A stretch of DNA of 64,000 nucleotides from an uncultured Chloroflexia bacterium (GTDB lineage: Bacteria > Chloroflexota > Anaerolineae > Anaerolineales > UBA4823). A program made the translations under genes and the position numbers. The stretch covers positions 219,527 to 283,526 of the forward strand of contig CAVORW010000004.1 of the NCBI GenBank assembly GCA_963698715.1. The letters run 5' to 3'. The stretch's first letter is position 1. Each line of letters begins with the position of its first letter. The notes under the pieces were generated by a model. It saw only the letters and a program-made list of their open reading frames with translations. It made no database searches and was not told where the DNA came from. Shown here one piece after another: positions 1 through 10,086 of this stretch.

Positions 1-102
1 ATCGGCGAGCTCAGTGGTACTGACACGTTCGGTGCCTGCACCTAGCTCATAGATACACTTCAGATAATCTTCAACTGTCTGGGTCAAGTTTAAACGGGCC
101 AT
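1..102 (-). CDS. DtxR/MntR-family metal-dependent transcriptional regulator, N-terminal part (runs off window)
   Basis: Manual translation from ATG at 102: MARLNLTQTVEDYLKCIYELGAGTERVSTTELAD, the typical EDYLKxIY DtxR helix; lies downstream of the feo genes. Confidence 0.85.
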   Translation of the reverse strand, partial: MARLNLTQTVEDYLKCIYELGAGTERVSTTELAD

Positions 103-328
103 GTTTATTTTCCTAACTCTGACAGATTTTGCAGCCAGTTCTCTCGGACGTTCTGTTTCATGATACCATGCCATACAGCCCCGATTGCCAATCAGCACAT
201 CAGGAGCATCCACCTGTTGCTGTATGTGTTGTGGACTGGACGCCCGCCCCTCAACCTTTTACCAGATTGCAACCCTTCACCCCATTAGATGCTACGGAAG
301 AACCAGGCAGCCAGGGTGATGGCTTGCC

Positions 329-1768
329 TTATAGGGTAAACAATCGCCATACCTGGGCCACAAAAAATGTGACAATTAGTCCCATAACCAGGGGCAGCAA
401 GGCTGCCACAGTAGTCCACTTCCAACTGCCGCTCTCTTTATACATCGTATAAATCGTTGTGCTGCAAGGATTATGAATCAGGCTGAAAAGCATCAGGTTG
501 ATGCCGGTCAGCAAAGTCCAGCCTCCACTCTGCAAAATCGATAAGGTGCCAGCTTCCCCCGCCTCAAACATCACACCCGCCCCACTGCCAACGCCACCCA
601 TATGAGAAGCTAATACCGTAAGCATCAACACAGTCGGAATGACGATTTCATTGGCTGGTATGGCAATGATATAAGCGAGCAGGATGACCCCATTCAATCC
701 GATCAATACGCCGAATGGATTGAGCAGGTTAATGATCTGTTCGGCCAGACTGATTCCGCCTAGTTGGATATTAGAAACCAACCAGATCACTGCACCAGCT
801 GGGGCGGCAAATGTAACAGCCCGCCAAAGCACCAGGATCGTACGATCAATCATGGATGTATAGATAGTTTGCATTACTTTCGGCGGTCGGTAGGGAGGCA
901 ATTCCAGACTAAAGGTTGAGACCTCGCCTTTGAGGACTGTTCGAGAGAGGCCCCAGGAAACAACGAATGTCAACAGTACACCCAATAATGCAATGCTTAA
1001 AACGGCTCCGGCAGAAATTAACCCTGCCAGTGAGGCTGGCACAAGCGTGCCAATAAAAACGGTTGCAATCAGGATTTGGGTTGGCCAACGACCGTTGCAC
1101 AATGCGAAGTTATTGGTAATCATCGCAATCAGCCGCTCGCGCGGGCTGTCAATGATGCGAGTTGAAACAATCCCAGCAGCATTGCAACCGAAGCCCATCA
1201 TCATACTTAATGATTGCTTTCCATGCGCACCAGACTTTTTGAAAATATTATCCAGGTTAAAAGCCACTCTTGGCAGGTAGCCGAAGTCCTCGAGAAGAGT
1301 AAATAGAGGGAAAAAGATTGCCATCGGCGGCAGCATTACACTAACCACCCAGGCCGTTGCCAAATACACTCCATCGATTAAAAACCCGCTCAACCACCAC
1401 GGCAACCCCAAAGTATCCGCACCGGAATGCAGGAGAGGATAGACCTTTTCCAGAAAGAGGGTTGCCAGCCAGCCAGATGGCACATTGGCGCCACTGATCG
1501 TTAACCAGAAGATAATTGTGAACAGAAGCAACATCATCGGGAAGCCCCAAACCCGGCTGGTAACGATCCGGTCGATAGTCCGGTCCAGATCGAAGCGCGG
1601 TTTTTCTCCAGGGCGGGTAACTGCCCGATCAGCGATACGGGCAGCATCAGCATAAATAGTTTCCATCAATTTTTCATGGAAACTCCCGCCGGCCTCCCAT
1701 CGCAGTGCTTCTGCGGCAGCCAAGATGTCCTCTGGCCTCAAGCTACTTGTATAGGAGTCAGAGCTCAT
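329..1768 (-). CDS. feoB: Ferrous iron transporter FeoB, membrane (gate) half
   Basis: [26 protein letters not shown] and NPCSTT FeoB gate motifs; many TM helices; no GTPase domain. Confidence 0.9.
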   Translation of the reverse strand: MSSDSYTSSLRPEDILAAAEALRWEAGGSFHEKLMETIYADAARIADRAVTRPGEKPRFDLDRTIDRIVTSRVWGFPMMLLLFTIIFWLTISGANVPSGWLATLFLEKVYPLLHSGADTLGLPWWLSGFLIDGVYLATAWVVSVMLPPMAIFFPLFTLLEDFGYLPRVAFNLDNIFKKSGAHGKQSLSMMMGFGCNAAGIVSTRIIDSPRERLIAMITNNFALCNGRWPTQILIATVFIGTLVPASLAGLISAGAVLSIALLGVLLTFVVSWGLSRTVLKGEVSTFSLELPPYRPPKVMQTIYTSMIDRTILVLWRAVTFAAPAGAVIWLVSNIQLGGISLAEQIINLLNPFGVLIGLNGVILLAYIIAIPANEIVIPTVLMLTVLASHMGGVGSGAGVMFEAGEAGTLSILQSGGWTLLTGINLMLFSLIHNPCSTTIYTMYKESGSWKWTTVAALLPLVMGLIVTFFVAQVWRLFTL

Positions 1769-2610
1769 CGAGTTGCCTCCAATCTTAACTCCAAATTGCG
1801 CCCAGAGTTTTCAGAAGCCCCCCGGCTGATATCCCCTAACTCACCCTTTCGAACCGCATCGATAATCCGTTCGTCGCCATCCAATAAGCGCAAGGCCACC
1901 CAGCGAGCGTTTGGCAGATCAGGAAAGACTTCCTGGATCTGAGCGACCAGCTGGTCAATCACCCGTTTCAATTCCACCGGTTCGTTCTGGAGCCGGTAAG
2001 GCTTATAAATGACTTGACCAGTGGCAACTTCACTGATTGCCTGCAGTAGTTCCGGGAACCCCTGATTATAACGGGCTGAGGTTGGTACTACAGGCACACC
2101 CAGATCCCTGACCAAACGGCGTTCATCCACCTGTAGGTGACCCCGACGGGCCTCATCGATCAGATTCAAACACACGACAATCCGATCGGTGATCTCTGCC
2201 ACCTGCAGCACCAGATTCAGATTCCGCTCCAGGCGGGTAGCGTCTACAACCACAACGGTCACATCGGGCTGACCGAAAAGGATAAAGTCACGGGCTACTT
2301 CTTCATCCAGGCTGGTGGCCAGCAAAGAATACGTGCCGGGCAAATCAACAATTTTATAGCGATGCCCACCATATTCGAAACCACCTTCTGCACGAGCAAC
2401 CGTTTTTCCTGGCCAGTTACCCGTATGCTGCCTTAAGCCGGTCAGTGCATTAAAGACCGTGCTCTTACCAACATTTGGATTTCCGGCCAGAGCCACAACA
2501 AAATCCCAAGCCTCCATATTTACGCCCAATTTCAACAGATTGGCTGCATTATGAACCGGGCAGGTTGCGCAGCCGGTCTCCGCATCCTGGGGCAATTGTT
2601 TTTCAGTCAT
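1765..2610 (-). CDS. feoB: FeoB small GTPase (N-terminal) half
   Basis: GNPNVGKS (G1), [16 protein letters not shown] (G3), NLIDE; ATGA overlap with next gene. Confidence 0.9.
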   Translation of the reverse strand: MTEKQLPQDAETGCATCPVHNAANLLKLGVNMEAWDFVVALAGNPNVGKSTVFNALTGLRQHTGNWPGKTVARAEGGFEYGGHRYKIVDLPGTYSLLATSLDEEVARDFILFGQPDVTVVVVDATRLERNLNLVLQVAEITDRIVVCLNLIDEARRGHLQVDERRLVRDLGVPVVPTSARYNQGFPELLQAISEVATGQVIYKPYRLQNEPVELKRVIDQLVAQIQEVFPDLPNARWVALRLLDGDERIIDAVRKGELGDISRGASENSGRNLELRLEATR

Positions 2611-3642
2611 TTCACCTTCTCCATACTTCGGGTAATATCGATCAAGTCCGCTTGTTCTTTACGCAAAGCGACCAATGCGCCGCGCACCCGATATGCGGTC
2701 GGATCACCACTTGGGCTTACCAAAGCCGCTTCAATTTGTGTCCCTGGCAATATACCCAGATCCAGCATGCGGCGCCTTTCAGCGCCTCGTATGCGAGGCG
2801 ATAGTCCTTCTACCCGGGCTTGCTGCCCTGGTTTCAGGCTGGATAAAGGTTCAGATTCAGTCGATAATTCCAGCTCTTCCTCAATAATGGGTTGGACAGA
2901 TATATTGGCAGCCACAATTGGTGCCAGAATATGTTCGTCACCGTTGGCCCAAAAACGAATCCGCTGAGGTGACTTGTCCAGCACCCGCACCAACATACCC
3001 GGGTACAGGCCTTCCGCTATCAGCTGTGCGTAAACCGTTTCCGGTTCGTCTTCCATTTGAACAATACGAGCCAAGCGATCTATTTCCAGATCAGTCAGTG
3101 GTTTGTCACCCTGTATAACCAGATGCCCTGCTGAGGTGGGAATGGGATCACCATGCGGGTCGTAACGCGGATGTCCAGAGTCTGGACGCCATCTTGTTTA
3201 CCGCTTCGGGTGAGCTGGTGTGTTCAAAACGTTCTGCCAGGTCATGCCATTCCGCTTCATGGTAACCGGTTTCTTCGGCCAGATATCTCTCCCACAGGCG
3301 ATGCGAGCGGATAATTTGCAGAGCATAAGCGCGCCCCTCTGAGGTCAGGTGAGAACGTCCACCCTGCCAGGTCACCAGCTCACGCCGTTCCATATCCGCC
3401 AATAGATCGGTCGCTTGATCAACCCTGATTTGTAAGACGCCAGCAACACTCTCTACAGTTGGTGGGCGATGGTTCAATTCCATACTGTAAATATGCTTTA
3501 GGGCATCTTCGCTGAGTACTCGCACCGACATGTGACGCATACGCTGCCAGCGAGATACCAGGCCTTGTTCAGGCCTGAATAGGAAAAAAGCGCCACTTAG
3601 GATTAATAATCCTGATAGCAACGCAATAATTGGGTCAGGCAT
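2607..3642 (-). pseudogene. TM-anchored DtxR-like regulator fused to two FeoA domains, carrying one frameshift near 3180 (real lesion or assembly error)
   Basis: ORF 3148..3642 has an N-terminal TM helix, EDALKHIY, RSHRLWERYL and AERFEH; shifting frame at ~3180 reads GHPRYDPHGDPIP into ORF 2607..3074 (FeoA: RRMLDLGILPG, SPSGDPTAYRVRG). Confidence 0.8.
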
Positions 3643-3806
3643 TTTTCAGCACCTCCAACTTCCTCATCGAATTCAGCAACTCAATTTAACTAAGGTATGC
3701 TCTATAGAATTGACTTAACCAACCAGGATGGAAAAGGCCAAAGTCGATGGTTTTATCACTGTAACTTCCACAAAAGGTAAAACTATTTGTCTTAACGATG
3801 CAAAAT

Positions 3807-3835
3807 ATAATATCAAACAAAACTCAATATGTCAA
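3807..3835 (-). promoter_or_regulatory. Sigma70-type promoter of feo operon
   Basis: TTGACA-17 nt-TATTAT on minus strand upstream of 3642. Confidence 0.65.
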
Positions 3836-3851
3836 TATCCTAAATAATTAT

Positions 3852-3865
3852 TTTGGCTTGACTAA
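3852..3865. promoter_or_regulatory. Candidate DtxR/MntR-type operator
   Basis: TTTGGCTTGACTAA imperfect palindrome in AT-rich context just upstream of the -35, resembling TTAGGTTAACCTAA. Confidence 0.4.
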
Positions 3866-4104
3866 TTTTATTAATGTCCTTAGTGTAGAACCGTAATGCT
3901 AGGGGTAGATAGCCCACGATTACCTTAGTTTTTCCATCTGATCTATGCAGCGTCCGCACCCAATCTAATCCAGAAAGTGATCCCGGTCAGCGATAACCCT
4001 CAATAGAAGGTAAAATAAGGGCTGTTACAAACTTACCGGAGCTCGATATTGCCTATATTGGACTGCTCCCCAGCTACAAGACAGGATAGTATAATTACGA
4101 AATC

Positions 4105-5253
4105 ATGATGGAAAAATCAAACCCCAACCAGGGATCATCTGCTCCAGCTGGCAGCCACGCTGCCAGGGAGAGGATGATCCTCATTACTGTCAACCTGCTG
4201 GCTTTCGCGCTTCTAGCGACAGCTGGCTATCTTGGATGGAGCCGATATGTAAAAGCGCCGTTTCCAGGAGTCACCGCGCCGGTAGAGATTGCAGCAATTG
4301 CAGCAGATTCGAAGGCTGAAAGCTCAGGTTTATATGATCAAGTAGCGCTTTCTCCCCTTAACGGACAATCGAACAATTACCTGGAAGGTATCACCCGCCA
4401 GATTGAACTCGATACTCGCATTCCAAAAAGACCGGAAGTTGATGTAATCACTTACACTGTGGAAGCTGGCAACAGCCTTTTCAGCATCGCAGACGAATTC
4501 GGCATCAAGCCCGAGACTATTCTTTGGGGCAATTTCGATACGTTGCGAGATAACCCCCATTTAATCAAACCAGGCCAGGTGTTGAACATTCTACCTACCG
4601 ATGGAACTTATTACCAATATCATGAAGGCGAAGATCTGAATGCAATTGCAGCCCAGTTTGGTGTCGATGCCCAAGACATCATCGACTTTCCCGGCAATCC
4701 AATAGATCTGGCTGCCGTCTCGACTGGAAATTCGGGCATTGAAGATGGCACCTGGTTGATTATCCAGGGTGGCCAGCGGGCACTGGTGGATTGGTCTCCC
4801 CCCACGATTACACGCAGCAACCCGGCCTCGGCCCGTTATTATGGCGCAGGTTATTGTGGAACGGTATATACGGGGGCTGTGGGCAACGGCACTTTTGTGT
4901 GGCCGACAAGCGAGCATTTTATATCTGGCTATAATTATGCTCCACCGGTTCATCCGGCGATCGATATTGGCGGCTCAGTTGGAAACGCCATCTTTGCTAC
5001 TGATAGCGGCGTGGTTGTATATTCTGGCTGGAGCGATTATGGCTACGGCAATCTGATTGTCATCGACCATGGAAATGGCTGGCAGTCCGCTTACGCCCAT
5101 CTGAGTGGCGTTGGGGTAGGCTGCGGCCAAAGTGTGTACCAGGGTTACCTGATCGGAGCGCTAGGCAGCACGGGAAATTCAAGCGGCCCACACCTCCATT
5201 TTGAATTAAGCCTGAATGGCGCTAAACTCAACCCGTTCGATTTCCTGCCTTAG
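4105..5253 (+). CDS. LysM domain M23-family metallopeptidase
   Basis: TM anchor, two LysM-like repeats (YTVEAGNSLFSIA), HPAID, YAHL and GPHLHFE M23 motifs. Confidence 0.9.
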   Translation: MMEKSNPNQGSSAPAGSHAARERMILITVNLLAFALLATAGYLGWSRYVKAPFPGVTAPVEIAAIAADSKAESSGLYDQVALSPLNGQSNNYLEGITRQIELDTRIPKRPEVDVITYTVEAGNSLFSIADEFGIKPETILWGNFDTLRDNPHLIKPGQVLNILPTDGTYYQYHEGEDLNAIAAQFGVDAQDIIDFPGNPIDLAAVSTGNSGIEDGTWLIIQGGQRALVDWSPPTITRSNPASARYYGAGYCGTVYTGAVGNGTFVWPTSEHFISGYNYAPPVHPAIDIGGSVGNAIFATDSGVVVYSGWSDYGYGNLIVIDHGNGWQSAYAHLSGVGVGCGQSVYQGYLIGALGSTGNSSGPHLHFELSLNGAKLNPFDFLP

Positions 5254-5281
5254 GCGATTCGGCAAGACTTAAGATAACTTT

Positions 5282-5321
5282 TGTGGTTGGTGGGCTGGAC
5301 AAAACCCTACCACCAACCACA
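5282..5321. repeat. REP-like palindrome, possible bidirectional terminator
   Basis: TGTGGTTGGTG...CACCAACCACA between convergent genes. Confidence 0.6.
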
Positions 5322-5347
5322 TCTTTCTGTTCTTCAGGAGCAACCTT

Positions 5348-6733
5348 TTATAGTTGTCCAGATATTCGTTGAGTGTTCAGCATTGCCAGATAATTCGGGT
5401 CCTGATAACGATCTAAACTAAAGGCCCGCGCATAGCCTGGCAAAGACCTGCCACTGAGATGCCTGCTCAACAGTTCTCCGCTGGCACAGGCTGCCATAAT
5501 CCCAAAGCCAGATAAAGCCCCAATCAAATAAACTCCTTCCACACCTGACGGCCCAATTAATGGGCGATTCTCTCTTGTTTTCGTATAGTACCCACCATCC
5601 AGGGCTGGTCTGGGAAGCCGGCCGAAGTAGGAGCTCATACGCGGCAGCATGCGCGCCAACCCGCGCACGAGTACTTCTGGATAATATGGGTCATCCGGGA
5701 TGGGCCAGCTGGGTTCAATCGCGGGGGTATGATAAGGCCATAGGATCAAGATAGTTTGGCTGCCTTCCCCGCCCTCCGGACGAGTGTGCAACCCCTCTGG
5801 CAATTCATCCAGCATCCAGCGCGTTTCCGGATCTTCAGCCAATTCCTGACGCTCAGCATCCGAAAAGGGCAAGTGCTGGGGATCGTTCCAAATCAAAAGC
5901 GGTGCGTTCCGCGGGACTACTTCCAGCGGATCATTGACAGCTACCTTCAGGTGAAGCTCTGAAAACAAAGGCAGCTCTAAACCGATCATTCGAGCCAGAG
6001 CAGGTAGTTTTGGCCCACCCGCCAGCACCAGGGTACCGGCACTCAACTCGCTGAGTCCAATGCCCTCCAGATGCAGCGAGGCTGCTCTTCCCTGCATCTT
6101 AATTGCGGAGATGCGGGCTCGAATCAATTCAACGCCTTGGCGGCGTGCTTGATTAAGCAAGGTTGTGCCAAATTGTTGGGCGCTTATCCACCCGGCCCGG
6201 CGGACATGGAGCACAGCCCGCACTTCTTGCGCCAGGTACGGAAACCATCGTTGAATTTTAGCAGCATCCAAAATCAAATCAGCCCCGTCCAAACTGGAAG
6301 ATTGATGATCCGGCTTCCACTCCAGGTTGGGCTGGTAATCCGGGTCAGACACCATACCGCGGTGAACACGCAGCGGGCCGGAGCCTAAGGCACTGCTCTC
6401 GCGGGCAGCCTGCTCAAGCAGCGGCAAACGCTCTGGATCAGCCGTCATATACAGATAGCCACGGCGATTCATGTGAAATGTGTTCCGGTTCTCGCGGGCC
6501 AGATTTTCCATCAGATTGATACTGTGGTTCATAAATCGAACCATGGCATCTCCGGGGCCAGGCCACCAGTTGCGATAACATTCAGTTGATTTATCACTGG
6601 TCAGAGTTAATGGTTGGCGTTCATCCACCAGAGCGATCCTCTTAAACTCGGTCTGGTTGGATAAATAAAATGCCGCCGCAATCCCGGCGATGCCTGCTCC
6701 ACAAATCACTACATCATAATTATTGGGGCTCAT
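5348..6733 (-). CDS. FAD-dependent oxidoreductase (glycine/D-amino acid/sarcosine oxidase family)
   Basis: VVICGAGIAG Rossmann motif, RPLIGP, SGFGIMAA; start set at MSPNNY (ATG 6733). Confidence 0.8.
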   Translation of the reverse strand: MSPNNYDVVICGAGIAGIAAAFYLSNQTEFKRIALVDERQPLTLTSDKSTECYRNWWPGPGDAMVRFMNHSINLMENLARENRNTFHMNRRGYLYMTADPERLPLLEQAARESSALGSGPLRVHRGMVSDPDYQPNLEWKPDHQSSSLDGADLILDAAKIQRWFPYLAQEVRAVLHVRRAGWISAQQFGTTLLNQARRQGVELIRARISAIKMQGRAASLHLEGIGLSELSAGTLVLAGGPKLPALARMIGLELPLFSELHLKVAVNDPLEVVPRNAPLLIWNDPQHLPFSDAERQELAEDPETRWMLDELPEGLHTRPEGGEGSQTILILWPYHTPAIEPSWPIPDDPYYPEVLVRGLARMLPRMSSYFGRLPRPALDGGYYTKTRENRPLIGPSGVEGVYLIGALSGFGIMAACASGELLSRHLSGRSLPGYARAFSLDRYQDPNYLAMLNTQRISGQL

Positions 6734-6852
6734 CCGGAAACTCCTGATAGAAAATCTGAGAGCCGGTCGAAATCTCCAGCTCATGACTCCCCCAATTCTA
6801 TCGCAATCGCTTTGTGGTCTTTTCGGCAAGTTCCTTAAGAAAAAAGAGATTT

Positions 6853-6899
6853 TGTGTTGTTCGGTTTGGGCGGTGTAGCGGCCCAAACCAAACACCACA
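6853..6899. repeat. REP-like palindrome
   Basis: TGTGTTGTTCGGTTTGGGC...GCCCAAACCAAACACCACA; closely resembles the copy at 54748. Confidence 0.65.
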
Positions 6900-6968
6900 C
6901 ATCCTTCTTTTTAGTACCTTAAAGTAAACTCTGTATAAATCGCTCTCAAGGCCAATAGTAGGGCGGCC

Positions 6969-8360
6969 CTACAACTGGCGCCGGACGAGCATCCGCACGC
7001 CTGGGCTGGGCTCGAGTGTCGCACCCATGTGAGGATGAACATTTGATTCGACCAGAACGAGTTTCGCTTGCTGCATAATCCGGCCAATAACCAACCTGGC
7101 CTCAACCTGCCCAAATGCTGCCCCGATACAGTTGCGTGGACCACCGCCAAAAGGCAACCAGGCATAGGCCGGTTTGGGGACACCAGCAGCATGGCGGTCC
7201 GGGTCAAACCGGTTTGGTTCGGGCCAATAATCTGGATGACGCTGGGTGAGATAGATTGAATAAATGACTTGCTTTCCAGCAGGGATTTGATAGCCTTCAT
7301 AAACCAAATCTCTGGCTGCGAGCCGCGACCCCAGGTGGATAGGTGGATAAAGCCGGAGAGCCTCATCGATCACCTGGCCAAGGTAAGGCAGCTGACTGAA
7401 ATGGCTCAAGCCAGGCGTTTGATCGCCAAGCACTGAGTGGACTTCCGTCTCTACTCGAGATATTGCCCCGGGATGCGCTCCCAACAGGTACAGTGTCCAG
7501 GCCATTAAGGCGGTACTGGTGTCGTGACCGGCAATCAACATTGTCAGTAGCTGGTCACGTATCAGGTCATCTTGCATACCGGAGGCAATTAGCACACCTA
7601 ACAGATCGTGCGGTTCACCCGTATGATTGCCTAAATAGGACCTGCGCGCCTTGATCAGGCGGTAAAGGTAGCTGTCCATGGTTTGGATCGAGCGTTCGTA
7701 CTGCGGACGAGGCACCCCGCGCCAGAACATCCATACCCCTGGGGAAATGAACCGAATAGTATCTAGCACAGCTTTCCATAAATTGTTCAGTTCTGGAGAT
7801 AGATCGGCCTGAAACATCGTTTCGACCAGAATTAGCAGCGTAATTTTCCGCATCTCCACCAGCATATCAACAACCTGCCGGTCCTTCCATTGAGCTACGA
7901 TCTGGTCGGTTCTTTTGATCATGACGGACACATACTCTTCCAACATCCGTCGGTGAAGCACCGGATTCATCAATCGACGCAGCTGGTCATGAGATTCTCC
8001 ATCTTCGACCAATACTCCATGCCTGAGCAGATCCGTTACCGGATCGCGTTCGTTTCGCCAGCGCAGATCACCTCGTTTCTCTACCAAAACAAAACGAGCC
8101 GCTTGCGGGCCAACCATGACAATGGGAGAAAAACCTGGCAATGTGATCTGAAAGACGTCGCCAAGCTCTCTGTGGAAAACTTGCAGAGCAGCCAGAGGAT
8201 GTTTTTCGCTGATCATGGCTCGCAAAGCCTGCCAGCTGGTAGCAGCATCTGGGACAGGTAAAGGCTGCCCAGGATTTACCTGTGCGGTCTGGGCGTTATT
8301 TGTATCCCATTCTGGTGGTAGGGGTTTTTCGGACTTCAACAGGCCAGGCTCATGTTTCAA
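6969..8360 (-). CDS. Cytochrome P450, probable carotenoid hydroxylase
   Basis: AGHDTS I-helix, EALR, FGGGPRNCIG heme-Cys motif; last gene of crt operon. Confidence 0.9.
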   Translation of the reverse strand: MKHEPGLLKSEKPLPPEWDTNNAQTAQVNPGQPLPVPDAATSWQALRAMISEKHPLAALQVFHRELGDVFQITLPGFSPIVMVGPQAARFVLVEKRGDLRWRNERDPVTDLLRHGVLVEDGESHDQLRRLMNPVLHRRMLEEYVSVMIKRTDQIVAQWKDRQVVDMLVEMRKITLLILVETMFQADLSPELNNLWKAVLDTIRFISPGVWMFWRGVPRPQYERSIQTMDSYLYRLIKARRSYLGNHTGEPHDLLGVLIASGMQDDLIRDQLLTMLIAGHDTSTALMAWTLYLLGAHPGAISRVETEVHSVLGDQTPGLSHFSQLPYLGQVIDEALRLYPPIHLGSRLAARDLVYEGYQIPAGKQVIYSIYLTQRHPDYWPEPNRFDPDRHAAGVPKPAYAWLPFGGGPRNCIGAAFGQVEARLVIGRIMQQAKLVLVESNVHPHMGATLEPSPGVRMLVRRQL

Positions 8361-8381
8361 GACAGTTCCATTCCAGGCAGG

Positions 8382-9146
8382 TTATTCTACTTGCCGAAGC
8401 ATCAGGTTCATCCAGCTGAGCTTCACTCGCGCTCGAATCACCGCTGAATCAATCAGGATCATACCATTTACGATAAGCAAGTTAGTCATAAAAAAGAAGA
8501 GCATTTCTTCAACCGGTAAACCCGCCAGCATCAGTCCAGTCGTCTGCTGCGGATCAATCGTCCAGGTGCCGCTTTGGATTGCCAGTGCATCCACCAACCA
8601 TAAGTAAAGGGTTGGGGGCAATATTCCGGCAACCAATCTGCGCCAATTGCCAAGCAAGGCATCTCCGCCCACCGCAAGTTGAATCATCACGGGGATCAAA
8701 GCCCAGGAGAGAATCAGGGTCAGGTAAGTATAGGGCTGCAATTCGGCGAGCAATCCGGCAGTTGAGACCAGCCACAGGATCGCCGCTCCGCCAGTCAATC
8801 CCAACCGGATTACAGGCTGGGCCTTCGCTTCAGCAGAAGCCAGGGAAAACCTGCGGATTTGCAACACCCAGAAGCCAGTGAGCATAGTCTGCAAAACAAA
8901 AAAGGTATATTCTTCAATCGGAACCCAACCAATTGTCAGCCCACTGACCAAGTTTGGATCGTACCACCACACACCAGTGGCAACGAGATAGTTATCCCAA
9001 GGAGTGGTATAGATCACTGCGATCAACACATGACCCAGTACAGCCAGCAACTCTCCACGCTGCAACTTGCCCACGAAGATAGCCAACCCTGCCAGGATTA
9101 GCAAGGGTGGCAGCAAAAAAACAGCAAGAATGCCAAAATATGTCAT
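8382..9146 (-). CDS. Membrane lycopene cyclase (CrtYcd/fungal-archaeal type, two repeats)
   Basis: PWDNYLVATGVW, PIEEYTFF and PVEEMLFF duplicated motifs; hydrophobic. Confidence 0.85.
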   Translation of the reverse strand: MTYFGILAVFLLPPLLILAGLAIFVGKLQRGELLAVLGHVLIAVIYTTPWDNYLVATGVWWYDPNLVSGLTIGWVPIEEYTFFVLQTMLTGFWVLQIRRFSLASAEAKAQPVIRLGLTGGAAILWLVSTAGLLAELQPYTYLTLILSWALIPVMIQLAVGGDALLGNWRRLVAGILPPTLYLWLVDALAIQSGTWTIDPQQTTGLMLAGLPVEEMLFFFMTNLLIVNGMILIDSAVIRARVKLSWMNLMLRQVE

Positions 9147-9153
9147 TTATTTC

Positions 9154-10086
9154 TCATCCAGATCGAAATACCAGAAAAAACGACTTAACGGCCAGGATGG
9201 TTTTTTGGATTCTGTGGGCACGGGCGCGGCGATTGAACACATCGTAGCGATTGCGGCGGATACTTGCCAAAATAGCCCGGTAAATCTCCAGAGCACTCAT
9301 GACTCCCCAACGACCGAAGGTGAGCAACTTAACACTGCCACGGGCTCGATCATAATATCGCTCGGTCCGCTCAAATTGAAATTCGAGCAGATCGATAAAA
9401 TTCGGCGTGATGCGGCCGGCTGCCAGTTCATCTTCGTGGTAGCCAAAGGTCTGCATATCCTCTTGGGGAAGGTAAACCCGCCCGATCTGCCAGTCTTCCC
9501 CAATATCACGCCAAAAATTGCTTAACTGCATGGCAATTGAAAGATTGTCTGCCCCCGGGAGAGCATCTTCAATCATGCAATCACGGCGAACACCCAAGAT
9601 ATAGGTCATAGCTCGGCCGACAGGAATTGCGCTGCCTTGCATATAATGGACCAAATCAGCAAATGTCTCAAAACGGCTGATGATCAAATCTTCTCTCATG
9701 GCGCGGAAGTAAGCCGCCATAGTTTCTTTTGGAATGGCAAACTTAACGGCAGTATCGAGATAAGCCCGCATCACAGGGTCAGGGCTGTCGCCTCGTTCGA
9801 ACGACAGCCAATAGGCTGCTTCCCAATCCTCAATCGCAGCTAATGGTGAATCAAAACCAGTGTAAGCAACATCGACTCGGTCATCTCCTACTCGCATCAA
9901 AGCATACAAAGCTTCAACATGCTTTAGTCTGTCAGCGGGCAGTACACTGCTGGCAAACGAATAATTCTTACTGGCCTCGTGCATAACCCGCCGGCAGAAG
10001 GCGTAATCTTCTGGCGAGGCAAGTTTGGGGTCAACCAATGCATTGCCAAGATGACCTAGATTTGTAAGTGAGTGATTTACGTCCAT
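9154..10086 (-). CDS. crtB: Phytoene synthase
   Basis: YALMRVGDDRVD, AMQLSNFWRDIGED, GRVYLP. Confidence 0.9.
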   Translation of the reverse strand: MDVNHSLTNLGHLGNALVDPKLASPEDYAFCRRVMHEASKNYSFASSVLPADRLKHVEALYALMRVGDDRVDVAYTGFDSPLAAIEDWEAAYWLSFERGDSPDPVMRAYLDTAVKFAIPKETMAAYFRAMREDLIISRFETFADLVHYMQGSAIPVGRAMTYILGVRRDCMIEDALPGADNLSIAMQLSNFWRDIGEDWQIGRVYLPQEDMQTFGYHEDELAAGRITPNFIDLLEFQFERTERYYDRARGSVKLLTFGRWGVMSALEIYRAILASIRRNRYDVFNRRARAHRIQKTILAVKSFFLVFRSG

